From the NCBI GenBank assembly GCA_963706285.1, contig CAVPLU010000004.1:192001-256000 (forward strand): a stretch of DNA of 64,000 nucleotides, read 5' to 3'. The DNA is from Candidatus Bathyarchaeota archaeon. GTDB lineage: Archaea > Thermoproteota > Bathyarchaeia > 40CM-2-53-6. Positions 20,343 through 28,857 of this stretch are shown one piece after another. The position numbers and the translations under genes were made by a program. Numbering within the stretch: position 1 is the first letter of the stretch; each line of letters opens with the position of its first letter. The notes under the pieces are model-generated. The model was given only the letters and a program-made list of their open reading frames with translations. It ran no database searches and had not been told where the DNA came from.

Positions 20343-21124
20343 CATCGGTTTTGGTTCTCAGTCTAACAATTGGCATCTTCGTTGGCCTGTCAGCTGGCTA
20401 CCTAGGTTCGCTAATGGTGCTGAAGAGGATGGCACTTGTCGGCGACGCGCTATCGCATGTTGCCCTACCCGGCCTTGCACTAGGTATCCTATACCACTTC
20501 AACCCATTCATCGGCGCTTTCGCATTTCTCTTTGGCTGTGCGCTCGTAGTATGGCACGTTGAGAGAATCACGAGGCTATCTATCGAAACGATCGTCGGCG
20601 CCATGTTCACGCTGGCACTGGCGGTCGGAATACTGATAATTCCACAACCGGATCTGCTTGAAGCTCTTTTCGGCGATATCACCAAGGTTACGCTGATAGA
20701 TGCTGCTGTGGCAGTGATCGTGGGCACCTTTGCTGTACTAGTCACGAGGGCGGTCTACAAGAAACTGGTCCTCGGTATGATCTCCGAGGAACTCGCCATA
20801 TCAAGCGGCATAAATGTCGCTAGGACGAATCTCGTGTATCTTCTACTTGTGTCACTCGTGGTCGCAATAGGAATCAAGATCGCCGGTAGCCTCTTGGTGG
20901 GCTTTCTAGTAATAGTGCCAGCCGCAACCGCAAAGAACGTCAGTTCAAACCTCTTCAGATACGCTGTGCTGAGCTCGACCTTCGGCATAATCAGCTCGTT
21001 CTCAGGGGTTCTATTGGCTGATACTCTCACGTTGCCATCCGGACCGCTGGTCGTACTGTCAGGTGTCGTAGTATTCATGACCACCATTGTGATGAAGTGG
21101 GTTTCGACGAGTATTCGTCGCTGA
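20339..21124 (+). CDS. znuB: Zn/Mn ABC transporter permease
   Basis: RMALVGDALSHVALPG, LFGDI, GSLLV; GTGA overlap with znuC. Confidence 0.88.
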   Translation: MTSVLVLSLTIGIFVGLSAGYLGSLMVLKRMALVGDALSHVALPGLALGILYHFNPFIGAFAFLFGCALVVWHVERITRLSIETIVGAMFTLALAVGILIIPQPDLLEALFGDITKVTLIDAAVAVIVGTFAVLVTRAVYKKLVLGMISEELAISSGINVARTNLVYLLLVSLVVAIGIKIAGSLLVGFLVIVPAATAKNVSSNLFRYAVLSSTFGIISSFSGVLLADTLTLPSGPLVVLSGVVVFMTTIVMKWVSTSIRR

Positions 21125-21204
21125 ACCGATGCTGCCTGACTACGAATGGTCTCCCCGAGCATCCCTCATCCAAATTATGCCAGTGGACCGGACGTATTCG
21201 CTTG

Positions 21205-22557
21205 TCAGGATTCTTTGGAGTCTTCGATCTCTAAGGGACAACCCGCTCCACACACGGGTAATTCAGTACAATCCTCGCAATCTTTGGGGGCGTACGCGTG
21301 GGTTCTCAGTTGCTTGGATAGTGGATGGTTCCAGATTGTTTTCCAGTCGGTTTCTAGGAATTTGCCGAGGCTTTGGAAGTAGCTCTGACATGGGTATACG
21401 TCGCCTGTGGGCCCTATGCACATGTTCATCCCGCTTGCTGTGCAGCTCTTCACTCCCAGTCCCAGACTGACCGGGTTGAGTTCACAGTACCGCGTAGGCG
21501 TGTACCAAAGGAAGCCCATGCTCAAATCAGAGGCCTTCTCCTGCACCTTTGCGAGAAGGCTCTTCAGTTCGCCTGGCTTCAGAGCGTTGTCTTCAGCAAA
21601 TAAGGGACCTTTGCCTGAGTGTATCAGGCCGTTGCATCCGAACGCTCTCACGCCTAAGCTGTGCACAAAGTCCAGTGTATCGAGGAAACCCGCTGCATTG
21701 AGCCTGGTTAGTGTTGTGTTGGTTGTTGTGTAGATCGTTGTCGGGATCAAGTTTCTGATTCCTTCAATCGTTTCTCGCCAGCTCCCCTTGGATTCTGTCA
21801 TCTGGTCGTGGATCTTGGGATTGCTCGACTCAAGCGTGACTTGAGCAAAGTCGAGACCAGCTTTCTCGAGGATGGAGACGAAGTCTCTTTCTTTGAGCCT
21901 GCGTCCGTTGGTCACGAGACCTGTGACGATCCCGATCTTCTGTGCATGCGCGATGAGTTCAGGTAGATCTTCGCGAAGCGTAGGCTCACCGCCGGTGAAT
22001 GTAGCTATGAAGATGCCCAGCTCCTTCATCTTGTCTAGTACGCGTTTCCAATGTTCGGTGTTCATCTCCTCAGTCTCGTGTGGTCCTCCGGCGTAGCAGT
22101 GGGGGCAATCGTTCTGGCATCGGAACGTCAGTGCCAGATCCATTCTGATCGGGGCTGAGAGATCTTGGCTGAATGGCTCAACTTTCTCTACGCCTAGGTA
22201 TGATATTGGGCAGACCTCTTGCGTTTGTGCGAGTGTGCTGATCGCGTAGATCAGTCTCTCATGATCTTTCCTTGCAGTTTCTTCGCTGACTCTATACGTG
22301 CTCCGAATACGATGAGTCGCTTTCTCAGTGGACATACCTTGCATGAAATAATAGACGTGAGTCGTCGCCGTCTCGTTCAGGTATAGGACAGTCTTCGCAT
22401 TTATCGCCAAGACGCCCTTTCCATCGCTCTCGACACGTAACTGAAGCGCCATGCGGCTGAACTTGTCACGTCCACGGTAGTAGTAGAGTCCAGGTGGAGC
22501 GTGAGTCTTTCTCAGCCATGATGGAATTCGAATCCTTGATCTGTCCTTAGTTCTCAT
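21205..22557 (-). CDS. Radical SAM/SPASM enzyme with N-terminal PqqD/RRE-like domain
   Basis: Start reassigned to ATG 22557 (ATGA overlap with the upstream stop). RRE-like LYLNETAT...IRSTYRVSEETARKD; CQNDCPHC; FTGGEPTLR; SPASM CTAS...GDVYPCQ...CEDC...CGAGCP. Confidence 0.9.
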   Translation of the reverse strand: MRTKDRSRIRIPSWLRKTHAPPGLYYYRGRDKFSRMALQLRVESDGKGVLAINAKTVLYLNETATTHVYYFMQGMSTEKATHRIRSTYRVSEETARKDHERLIYAISTLAQTQEVCPISYLGVEKVEPFSQDLSAPIRMDLALTFRCQNDCPHCYAGGPHETEEMNTEHWKRVLDKMKELGIFIATFTGGEPTLREDLPELIAHAQKIGIVTGLVTNGRRLKERDFVSILEKAGLDFAQVTLESSNPKIHDQMTESKGSWRETIEGIRNLIPTTIYTTTNTTLTRLNAAGFLDTLDFVHSLGVRAFGCNGLIHSGKGPLFAEDNALKPGELKSLLAKVQEKASDLSMGFLWYTPTRYCELNPVSLGLGVKSCTASGMNMCIGPTGDVYPCQSYFQSLGKFLETDWKTIWNHPLSKQLRTHAYAPKDCEDCTELPVCGAGCPLEIEDSKES

Positions 22558-24194
22558 CCTACTCCGCCTCCGCTTGCGCACGCACACGCACATGAGACAC
22601 ATGCACAGACGCAGGCGCATGATACACATGCACAGGCGCAATTCGCCCCATGATGAACGGGGTCTCTGGAAAGTTGCTTAGGTGGCGGTGCAGGCAGGAT
22701 TGAATTCGTGAACTTCTCTAGACTCGCCACGAAATTGTTAGCAGTCTTCTCTATTGAAGTCGCAATATTGTTCGCAAACTCAGCTCCCGGAATCGTAGGC
22801 GGCGGATGTCCCACGCTCGCAACTGGGTCATAGGTGGGGTTAGGGTTGTATTGCGAGTAGCCGTACCAGTACCACCACCAGAACGGCATGGGTTGAAAAT
22901 CGAATCCCTTGAAGGCGTTTTCACTTCTTCCTTTGAAGTTGTTGTCAAGCATGAGCCAGAGTAGATTCTCATCGAACATCTTCGATGCCGCGTCGGCTGT
23001 TCCGGCTTTCTCAACTTGACCCCAGGCTTCCTCAGCGGTCTTCTTGTAGAATGCAATCGTGTCCTCTCTGCAGTATCCTGTCATTGTGTTCTCAACGGCA
23101 GTTCTAACTCGCATGAATGCCTCCGCAAGCGTTTTCTCATCTAGCCTCCCGCCGGGCTGGATGGCTCTCAGGAAGTCCTTTTCATAGTATCTCAGAGGCG
23201 TTTCAGTCGGTGGCGCTGGGTCTTTGAATCCCTCAGAGATCTGCAGTTTCAAGCTTGGCTGGGTCGAATTCACCCACACCACGTGCTTCAGTAGGAGCCC
23301 ATAGAGCATCATGACGACAACTCTAGCGGGTGCAACCCCGAGCAGGTAGGATGCCTCAACGGCGGTGAAACCGCGTCTGATACCAAGGGTCTCCATTTTC
23401 ATCTTCGGGGCGAGATAGTCACGCCGAACTCGTCTCACTGCAACAACTATGATGCCGATGACAACAACAAACAAGAAGGTGGATATGACGACGATATTCT
23501 CCGAGATGACACCTGCTTGCTTTGTCGTTTCGTAATGCTCGACGGCTGTTGCGGGAAATGAGACGCCGACCTGAAACTTCGTGCTGGGAGCAACATCTTT
23601 TCTCTCCCAGTAGACGACTAACCGTCCTCCTTCGTTCGGATCTGTAAAGGCATTATCCCAGTCTGGTGTCACTCTGATCTGGTCCTGCGAGACCCCTGCC
23701 GGAAGCACCACCAGAACCCTGAGATCGCTGATCCCAACACTCCATGAAGTTGGGATAAACTGCAGTCCAACGTTGCCCGGGTTCATTTCATCTTTCCAGA
23801 TCATATGGCCAACGTTAGTGGTCGCGGTGAATTCGGCGCTTTGGCCATCAGTTATTGGTTCATACAAGTACACTCTCACCTTGTAATCCGACCCTTGAGT
23901 CGCGTCCTCAAACGTGAGCACATGGCCGGCGGCATCAACTGCTTCACCAAGCTTGAAGTCGCCGATCGGCTGGTCGAAGTACACATAGCTGATGCGGCCT
24001 TGGTCGCAGACAATCCGTACCGTATATTGTAGATCAATGGTCCCGTCCGTGTTGACCCAGATCTTCACCCATTGTTTCTCCAAATGATACTGAACGTCCG
24101 CGGCCCAACCGATCTGCAGACAAATGGTGCCTGCGAACAGTGTCAAGAGTAGAAGTACAGGGATAACCGCGAGAGCTTTTCGTCGCTTCACCAT
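22554..24194 (-). CDS. Membrane protein (DUF2207-like ectodomain, TM, cytoplasmic domain) with C-terminal Cys-rich tail
   Basis: Start ATG 24194 (MVKRRK + hydrophobic signal), beta-rich VNTDGTIDLQY domain, TM followed by RRVRR, PFWWWYWYGY; ends HHGANCACACVSCACVCACVSCACACASGGGVG. Confidence 0.85.
   Translation of the reverse strand: MVKRRKALAVIPVLLLLTLFAGTICLQIGWAADVQYHLEKQWVKIWVNTDGTIDLQYTVRIVCDQGRISYVYFDQPIGDFKLGEAVDAAGHVLTFEDATQGSDYKVRVYLYEPITDGQSAEFTATTNVGHMIWKDEMNPGNVGLQFIPTSWSVGISDLRVLVVLPAGVSQDQIRVTPDWDNAFTDPNEGGRLVVYWERKDVAPSTKFQVGVSFPATAVEHYETTKQAGVISENIVVISTFLFVVVIGIIVVAVRRVRRDYLAPKMKMETLGIRRGFTAVEASYLLGVAPARVVVMMLYGLLLKHVVWVNSTQPSLKLQISEGFKDPAPPTETPLRYYEKDFLRAIQPGGRLDEKTLAEAFMRVRTAVENTMTGYCREDTIAFYKKTAEEAWGQVEKAGTADAASKMFDENLLWLMLDNNFKGRSENAFKGFDFQPMPFWWWYWYGYSQYNPNPTYDPVASVGHPPPTIPGAEFANNIATSIEKTANNFVASLEKFTNSILPAPPPKQLSRDPVHHGANCACACVSCACVCACVSCACACASGGGVG
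22578..22640 (-). repeat. Cys-Xaa repeat tract: 10 Cys in 21 codons
   Basis: CACACVSCACVCACVSCACAC; codons vary (TGC/TGT, GCC/GCA/GCG), so it is a protein-level repeat and not a simple microsatellite. Confidence 0.9.
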
Positions 24195-24535
24195 TTGGGC
24201 TCCTCTGCGATCTCGAACTCGTTGCCACAGTAGGAGCATTTGATGGTCGGGGCGCCTTGCTTCAGTTGCATCTTAGACGGATCTAGACTGGCGCCACAGT
24301 TGGGACACTTTATCGAATCGACTTTGAGACTGCCAGGCATCTGAAGTTCGTACTTGATTGGAACTTGACTCACTCCTGCTCTCCAAGTAAGGAACGCGAT
24401 TGCGAGCCCGGCCGCGACTAGGATGGTGCCCACAAGAAGCCGCGAAACCGCGTAGACAGACGCCAATAAGAAGATGATGCCCAAGAATGTGAGAGCCGCA
24501 GACACGAGATATCCTAATACTTTCCTAAAACCCAC
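24188..24535 (-). CDS. Small two-TM protein with C-terminal zinc ribbon
   Basis: Probable GTG start 24535 after GAGGT; two hydrophobic helices; CPNCG...CSYCG; stop overlaps the next start by 7 nt. Confidence 0.82.
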   Translation of the reverse strand: MGFRKVLGYLVSAALTFLGIIFLLASVYAVSRLLVGTILVAAGLAIAFLTWRAGVSQVPIKYELQMPGSLKVDSIKCPNCGASLDPSKMQLKQGAPTIKCSYCGNEFEIAEEPKW

Positions 24536-24669
24536 GCGACTCAACCTCAAGGCAGTTGCAGGCAAGTCACCGTTGTAGCCTGATAAGCCCACCTGATGAC
24601 CAGATTTCACTCGTTGAAGCGTTCATACTGGCGATCTAGCGTCTTGATCGTTGGATTCATAGAGACGTT

Positions 24670-26052
24670 CTAGTATACGAATGGGACACCCAGATCCTGA
24701 AGTTCTCGCTTCACGGTTCTGTATAGCTCAGCATATTCCTTCGTGGGTGTCGCTTTCTTGACATCGTAGCATTCCTGAAACGTCTTTCCCAGCGGGGCTT
24801 CCGGAACCTGATTCTCGTATCTTGACACGATCTTCTTGATGAGCTCGTTTGCTTCTGCTCTTTTGATGCCTGATTCTGCTGCGCCGCATCCGATTTCGCA
24901 GGCCATCTTGGCCTCCATTGGCGTGGCTCTGTTCTTGTACTTGTTTCTGGCAACTGCGATCTCCCAGAGATTCGCGCCCGAGACAACGCTCGTCAGGCCG
25001 TGTGCTGCGGCCTCGTAGAGAACCATTGGAGTGCAAGGTCCTGCGGCTGCGAATCCGTTTGAGAGGGAGATCAGAGGGGTATTCCTCGCCAGCGCTTGGT
25101 AGACGAGGCTTATGCCCCAGAGAAGTTCGCTTGTAGTGTTGTGCATCTGTTTGATGTGGAATGGGAAGTAGTTGAGATAGTGAGCTTGGTTGACCATTAG
25201 TCCTTGAATGTGGTAGGCCATTCCTACAAGGGCGGTGCCTTCGGGGCCGCCGCAGTATCCGCCGAGCATAGGGCCAGTAAGCGCTCCCACGAACGAACCG
25301 TATTGATGGAAATGAACCATTTTGCTAAGCAATGAGTAGTCGACTTTCAGCTCTGATATTGAGGCTACGAATCTGCCGTCGGTTAGTCTCTCTCCCCACA
25401 TTGGGTTGCTAGCTGCGATCTGAGCTGCGTCTGATTGTGCTGTTCCAACGCCTTGCAGGAAGATCCCCGGTCTGCCAACTCTTCTTGCTGCTTCTCTGAA
25501 CATCATGGCGTGTGCAATTGCACCTTTTGTCTCGTATGGTGCGCCTGTCTTGATGCTTCTTCCCTCAACTTCTTCCAAGATTGGGGCGCATACACCATCT
25601 GCGAGCGGCTCCTGCAGGTAAGCCATCGACATTGGAATGAAGAGCTCTTCATCGCAAGTTATGTCAGGACTGAACAGACAGAATGGTCGTCTTGAGTCCT
25701 CTATCTTCCTGTGGCACATTTCTTTGGAGTCTTTCCCATATCCCACTGCGTATTGTCCCGGGAAGTTCCGCATAGCTTCCCGAATTTCGTTCTCATCAAA
25801 CAGCATTCTTCTATGCGTGCTTGTGCAGAGAGTTCCAACCTTTAGATAGAAATCGAGTGCGGCTTTCCAGAGATCATCTGCCAAGGAGTCGTCTGATGGA
25901 ATGGGGTTTTCCGGATCGAATTTGATCTCGTACTGCTTGATCGTGTCCTTGATGTTCGGAGCCAGGATTTTCAGGTCAAAGTCTCTTTCCAGGCAGATCG
26001 GGCCGTTTTCGGCTCGGTCAAGCACTTCGTTTATCCGCCAAGGTGGGGTCAT
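24670..26052 (-). CDS. mtmB: Monomethylamine:corrinoid methyltransferase MtmB homolog without pyrrolysine
   Basis: MtmB-like motifs DDSLADDLWKAA, GRPG, ELKVDY, GGYCGGPEGT, AGPCTPMVLYE, APLGKTFQECYDV; no in-frame TAG. Confidence 0.85.
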   Translation of the reverse strand: MTPPWRINEVLDRAENGPICLERDFDLKILAPNIKDTIKQYEIKFDPENPIPSDDSLADDLWKAALDFYLKVGTLCTSTHRRMLFDENEIREAMRNFPGQYAVGYGKDSKEMCHRKIEDSRRPFCLFSPDITCDEELFIPMSMAYLQEPLADGVCAPILEEVEGRSIKTGAPYETKGAIAHAMMFREAARRVGRPGIFLQGVGTAQSDAAQIAASNPMWGERLTDGRFVASISELKVDYSLLSKMVHFHQYGSFVGALTGPMLGGYCGGPEGTALVGMAYHIQGLMVNQAHYLNYFPFHIKQMHNTTSELLWGISLVYQALARNTPLISLSNGFAAAGPCTPMVLYEAAAHGLTSVVSGANLWEIAVARNKYKNRATPMEAKMACEIGCGAAESGIKRAEANELIKKIVSRYENQVPEAPLGKTFQECYDVKKATPTKEYAELYRTVKRELQDLGVPFVY

Positions 26053-26056
26053 TGAA

Positions 26057-26731
26057 TCATCTTTCCTTGACGAGTTTCTGAGCCAGCTCGACTCCCTGCT
26101 CTGCTGTTTCCGCCCAACCGTCTGCTCCGATTTGTTCAGCCCATTCGTTTGTTGTAGGTGCGCCTCCGATAATGACTAAGAGCTTCTTCCGCAATCCCAT
26201 TTCGTTGAGAAGGTCCATCACTTCCTTCTGTGCAGGTTTTGTGGTCGTCATCAGCGCGGACAGCGCCATAATGTCAGCCTGCACTTCCTTAGCTCGTTCG
26301 ATAAACTTCAGGGACTCCACATCTTTCCCGATGTCGTGAGTGTCAAAACCGTTCACTTCCAGAAGCAATGCAACTATGTTCTTTCCGATATCGTGAATGT
26401 CACCTGACACAGTGCCCACTACAATTCTGCCGATGCTGCCAGCCATCATCTTTCCTTTGCTTCCTTCTTTCATACCGCTGACGAGAACGTGCGAGGCAGC
26501 CCTCATGGCGTCAGCAGCAGACATGAGATCGGTTAGGAAGTACTCCCCCCTTTCGAACTTCTCTCCTACGGATTTGATTGCCGGAAAGAGGTCCTCTTCC
26601 AACACACGCATAGGATCCAAACCGGCATTCAAAATTTCGTGCGCGGTTTTCTCAGCGTCCTGCTCGCGACCACTGATGATGAATTCCTTGAGTTTCTCAA
26701 CCAGATTGTCAGAACTCAATCGCGTTTCCAA
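26057..26731 (-). CDS. Cognate corrinoid (B12-binding) protein, MtmC/MtbC family
   Basis: Cap domain VGEKFERGEYFL, DxHxxG motif GDIHDIGKNIV, SALMTTT, GGAP. Confidence 0.93.
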   Translation of the reverse strand: METRLSSDNLVEKLKEFIISGREQDAEKTAHEILNAGLDPMRVLEEDLFPAIKSVGEKFERGEYFLTDLMSAADAMRAASHVLVSGMKEGSKGKMMAGSIGRIVVGTVSGDIHDIGKNIVALLLEVNGFDTHDIGKDVESLKFIERAKEVQADIMALSALMTTTKPAQKEVMDLLNEMGLRKKLLVIIGGAPTTNEWAEQIGADGWAETAEQGVELAQKLVKER

Positions 26732-26795
26732 CTTTTCTTGATTACGCTCTTCTACGCGCTATAACGCTTGCCCAGATGATTGAGTGCATATCTCG

Positions 26796-27827
26796 TCAAA
26801 TGCGGGATACGTTCGACGTGAAGTGTTCCCACCCACGAGATTCAACGGGGATCCGCTTTCCTTCTCTTAGAAGAGTCACATTTCCCACGTCGCGCGTAAC
26901 GCGCCCGATCGCATGCAGAGACTTGACCGCACGCATAGCCCTCTTCGTTTGGTTCTTCTTTAGGCATACAACGAGTTCGAATTCTTCTCCTCCATACAGC
27001 GCGAGATCCGTTGGGTCTATCCCTGCAATCCGAGCATATTCTGAAGCCGCTTCTGAAATAGGCACGTAATCGAGCTCGATGCCCACCGAGCTTGCACGCG
27101 CAATCTCATGGAGACTCCAACCCAGCCCGTCGCTGGAATCCATCGAGGCTGTTAAGACTCGAGCGTGAACCAGGGCGAGGCCCTCCTTGAGTCGTGCTTT
27201 CGGAAAGTACACGCTTGCAAGTAGTGTCTCCTTCAACGAGGATGGGATTTCCGTTTCGGCACTGAGTGCCTCTAGGCCAGCTAGAGTGTTCCCGAATTCT
27301 CCCGTCACCGCTACCACATCTCCAGGCTTTGCACCGTTCCTTTGAACCATCAGACGTCGTTCAGCGGTCCCGAACAAGTAGCAGCCGATTACGAGGTCGT
27401 CGCATTCGTTCGTATCGCCTCCGATAACATACGTGTCGTACTCCCTCGCTCCTTCGTCAAGTCCTTTCGCGATTTCTTCAACATCTCGTGAAGTACATGT
27501 ACGTGGAAGGCCGAGGGATACCATTACGGCACGAGGCTGCACTCCTTTCGACGCCAGATCGCTAACGTTCATTACGACAGCTTTTCTCGCTGCTTGTCGA
27601 AGGGTCATGCCTTTTGGAACATCTGTTCTTCCAACCAGCATATCGCATTTCAGAACGGCTAGCCTGCCCCCTCCAATCGCTACTCCGGAAACATCGTCTC
27701 CGAACGGTATGGGCATGCGAGGCATCTTGTCTAGTCTACTTACAATCAGACCAATGATCTTACGTTCCCCAAGCATAGGATCTCCAACCGTCTTCAAGGC
27801 ATTCCTAGCCACAGAATCGTTGTCCAT
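26796..27827 (-). CDS. thiL: Thiamine-monophosphate kinase
   Basis: FGDD, NVSDLASKG, GGDTN, MDSSDGL, GGEEFEL, RGWEHF. Confidence 0.92.
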   Translation of the reverse strand: MDNDSVARNALKTVGDPMLGERKIIGLIVSRLDKMPRMPIPFGDDVSGVAIGGGRLAVLKCDMLVGRTDVPKGMTLRQAARKAVVMNVSDLASKGVQPRAVMVSLGLPRTCTSRDVEEIAKGLDEGAREYDTYVIGGDTNECDDLVIGCYLFGTAERRLMVQRNGAKPGDVVAVTGEFGNTLAGLEALSAETEIPSSLKETLLASVYFPKARLKEGLALVHARVLTASMDSSDGLGWSLHEIARASSVGIELDYVPISEAASEYARIAGIDPTDLALYGGEEFELVVCLKKNQTKRAMRAVKSLHAIGRVTRDVGNVTLLREGKRIPVESRGWEHFTSNVSRI

Positions 27828-28058
27828 GATCTTGAATGCTTGGATTCACCAAGCCTCATCTTCCGACCGATTGGCAGAGAAGTCCTTGTATGGCGCTTCG
27901 TACTGGAATTGGTCCCCTACATTCGATTTGCATTTCTGAAGACGCTGCCATGTTGACTTGCTCAACGAGTTCAGAAGTCGCAATCACGCATCTGGTGCGC
28001 CTTCCCAACATGTTTATCTAGTATTTGCCTTGTCATCGCCCGCAAAGATTCAGAGCGA

Positions 28059-28340
28059 TTGCTTATGCCCAACGAAATTCATTGTGCTCATATTCTTGTG
28101 AAGACCGAAAAAGAAGCGCAAGCGGTCATTGAGAGGCTGGAAAGAGGCGAGAAATTCGCAAATATCGCCAGTGAGATCTCACTTTGCCCTTCGGGAAAGC
28201 GCGGTGGAGACCTTGGCACTTTCGGCAGAGGAAGAATGGTTAGGGAATTCGAAGAGGCCGCGTTCGCTCTTCAGAAAGGACAACTCTCCCCCATCGTGAA
28301 AACAGAATTCGGGTACCACATATTACGCAGGCTTGAATAG
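28059..28340 (+). CDS. ppiC: Parvulin-type peptidyl-prolyl isomerase
   Basis: HILVK, SLCPSGKRGGDLG, FEEAAF, KTEFGYHI. Confidence 0.92.
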   Translation: MLMPNEIHCAHILVKTEKEAQAVIERLERGEKFANIASEISLCPSGKRGGDLGTFGRGRMVREFEEAAFALQKGQLSPIVKTEFGYHILRRLE

Positions 28341-28522
28341 ATCGAACGATTGGCCGAGTGCAGAATTAGGTCCGGGCTTTCTTTCAGAACTTTGTCTTCT
28401 CCTCCGCATACAAATCGCGAGGAGGCAGGAGTAGCCATCCGCTGATGGCAACTCTAAGCCTGAGCGTGGGCAATCTGACAAACATCGTTGAGTAATCGTA
28501 GGAACCGAAGTGGTGGTGGAGA

Positions 28523-28635
28523 TGGAGCCTCGGGCGGGCTTCGATCCCGCGACCTTCCGCTTTCTCGAGTCGTCTTTACAAGGCGGATGCTTTCCAGCTC
28601 AGGAAGCTGAGACTACCAGGCTGAGCCACCGAGGC
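28523..28635 (-). tRNA. tRNA-Thr(TGT) with two introns (D-arm about 22/23, 21 nt; canonical 37/38, 15 nt), CCA encoded
   Basis: GCCTCGG/CCGAGGC acceptor, U73; removing TCTCAGCTTCCTGAGCTGGAA and AAGACGACTCGAGAA gives TCCGC-CTTGTAA-GCGGA. Confidence 0.88.
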
Positions 28636-28857
28636 TTCTACACACCTAGCGACAGTTCCTTAAAGTGACTTCTGTCGAGGATGATTCGAGCAAAAGATCC
28701 GAAATAAAGCAGAGCCGGAATGAAGAATGGAGCAGACATAGTGGTGCACATATGCGTCGGGAGTGAATGTTCTTGATTGAGAACTCTGATTGCGATGCCA
28801 GTCGGGTGCTCTCGCGTTATCCCTAGAGCGTCAACCGAGCGTGCGCCATATGTTGTG

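Noticed and set aside
22558-22641. Cys/Met-rich N-terminus MRLCMCIMRLRLCMC on the radical SAM ORF
   Set aside because: Off-frame reading of the upstream gene's Cys tail; the real start is the ATGA-coupled ATG at 22557.
24670-26731. mtmB/corrinoid genes as part of the Cys-tail radical SAM operon
   Set aside because: A 134-nt gap with its own TATA-like CTTATCA and SD precedes the zinc-ribbon gene; no evidence beyond adjacency.
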